64,000 nt of DNA from a bacterium (GTDB taxonomy: Bacteria; Hinthialibacterota; Hinthialibacteria; Hinthialibacterales; Hinthialibacteraceae), in contig CAXXSM010000142.1 in assembly GCA_963663405.2 (NCBI GenBank), positions 32,001-96,000 on the forward strand. The letters are read 5' to 3'. Shown one piece after another: positions 63,453-64,000 of this stretch (positions are counted from its first letter, which is position 1; every line of letters begins with the position of its first letter). Position numbers and translations under genes: made by a program. The notes under the pieces are model-generated. The model saw only the letters and a program-made list of their open reading frames with translations. It searched no databases and was not told the origin of the DNA.

Positions 63453-64000
63453 ATGTTGAACTACTATCTTCTATTCTCCATAATTCTCACTTCCTTTTCA
63501 TCCCCATCCGTTTCGGATTCAAATAAGGAATGGACGATAATTGCATCGCCTACAAGTTTAAACGAAGAAGCCGTTAAGGTTGCAATAGATGATTTACGGA
63601 AAACGGGAAAAGAGTACGGTATATTTTTCACGACTGTTACCGATTCAGACATATCAACGACTCCGTCAATCGTACTGGGAAGTCCTACTCGCAACCGCTT
63701 AACAGCTACATTGATCGAACAACAGAATATATCACTGGAGGGTGTGACACATCCAGAGGGGTATGAGATTGTAACCACTCAGAACGGCGCATGCAAAACC
63801 ATTGTTGTCGCCGGAGGTTCCCTGCTCGGTGATGTGTATGGATTATATTGGATTTGGGATCGACTTCGTGTTTACAAGTCCATGAAGAGGATCAACGTGA
63901 AACGGGAACCTCGGTTACGTATTCGATATACAAGAATTGCGGTATCCAGCAAAGAAGATATTCGTCGAGCGCTCCGATATGGCTTGAATTTAGTCTTCGT
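63453..64000 (+). CDS. Secreted protein with GH20/GH67-type N-terminal domain; runs off the window
   Basis: AAGGAG RBS; MLNYYLLFSIILTSF..; PEGYEI..IVVAGGSLLGDVYGLY..REP..R; open to the window end and absent from the ORF track. Confidence 0.75.
   Translation, partial: MLNYYLLFSIILTSFSSPSVSDSNKEWTIIASPTSLNEEAVKVAIDDLRKTGKEYGIFFTTVTDSDISTTPSIVLGSPTRNRLTATLIEQQNISLEGVTHPEGYEIVTTQNGACKTIVVAGGSLLGDVYGLYWIWDRLRVYKSMKRINVKREPRLRIRYTRIAVSSKEDIRRALRYGLNLVF

Noticed and set aside
1-64000. CRISPR array, rRNA, retron/DGR reverse transcriptase, prophage structural genes
   Set aside because: No regularly spaced repeats, rRNA-like tracts, RT motifs or phage genes seen; pilin variable regions show no near-identical template repeat as a DGR would need

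Overview
Bacterial chromosomal window dominated by secreted carbohydrate-active and beta-sandwich/beta-propeller proteins (GH29, GH106-like, DUF4015, DUF4038, DUF4091, CBM9-like, DUF1080, PQQ-like propeller). Also present: four orphan N-methyl (pseudo)pilin paralogues, a SNF2/SWIM pair, a decaying OmpR-HK-PepSY-ArnT-TolC-CzcA island, an ABC exporter, a chlD-type chelatase gene, one complete IS3, two IS3 relics and one ISKra4-like IS with a 9-bp TSD. The gene repertoire resembles candidate lineages such as Hinthialibacterota (OLB16)/Sumerlaeota, but that is inference only. Many genes carry single-base frameshifts, probably in part long-read errors. Strongest leads: (1) a shared C-terminal W-x-[LV]-[FY]-COOH motif on three unrelated secreted proteins, a candidate sorting signal; (2) a constant/variable pilin family dispersed among catabolic genes; (3) an A11 slippery tract in chlD with an immediate -1 stop; (4) a ~170-nt multi-hairpin intergenic RNA candidate. 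No rRNA, complete tRNA or CRISPR array was seen.
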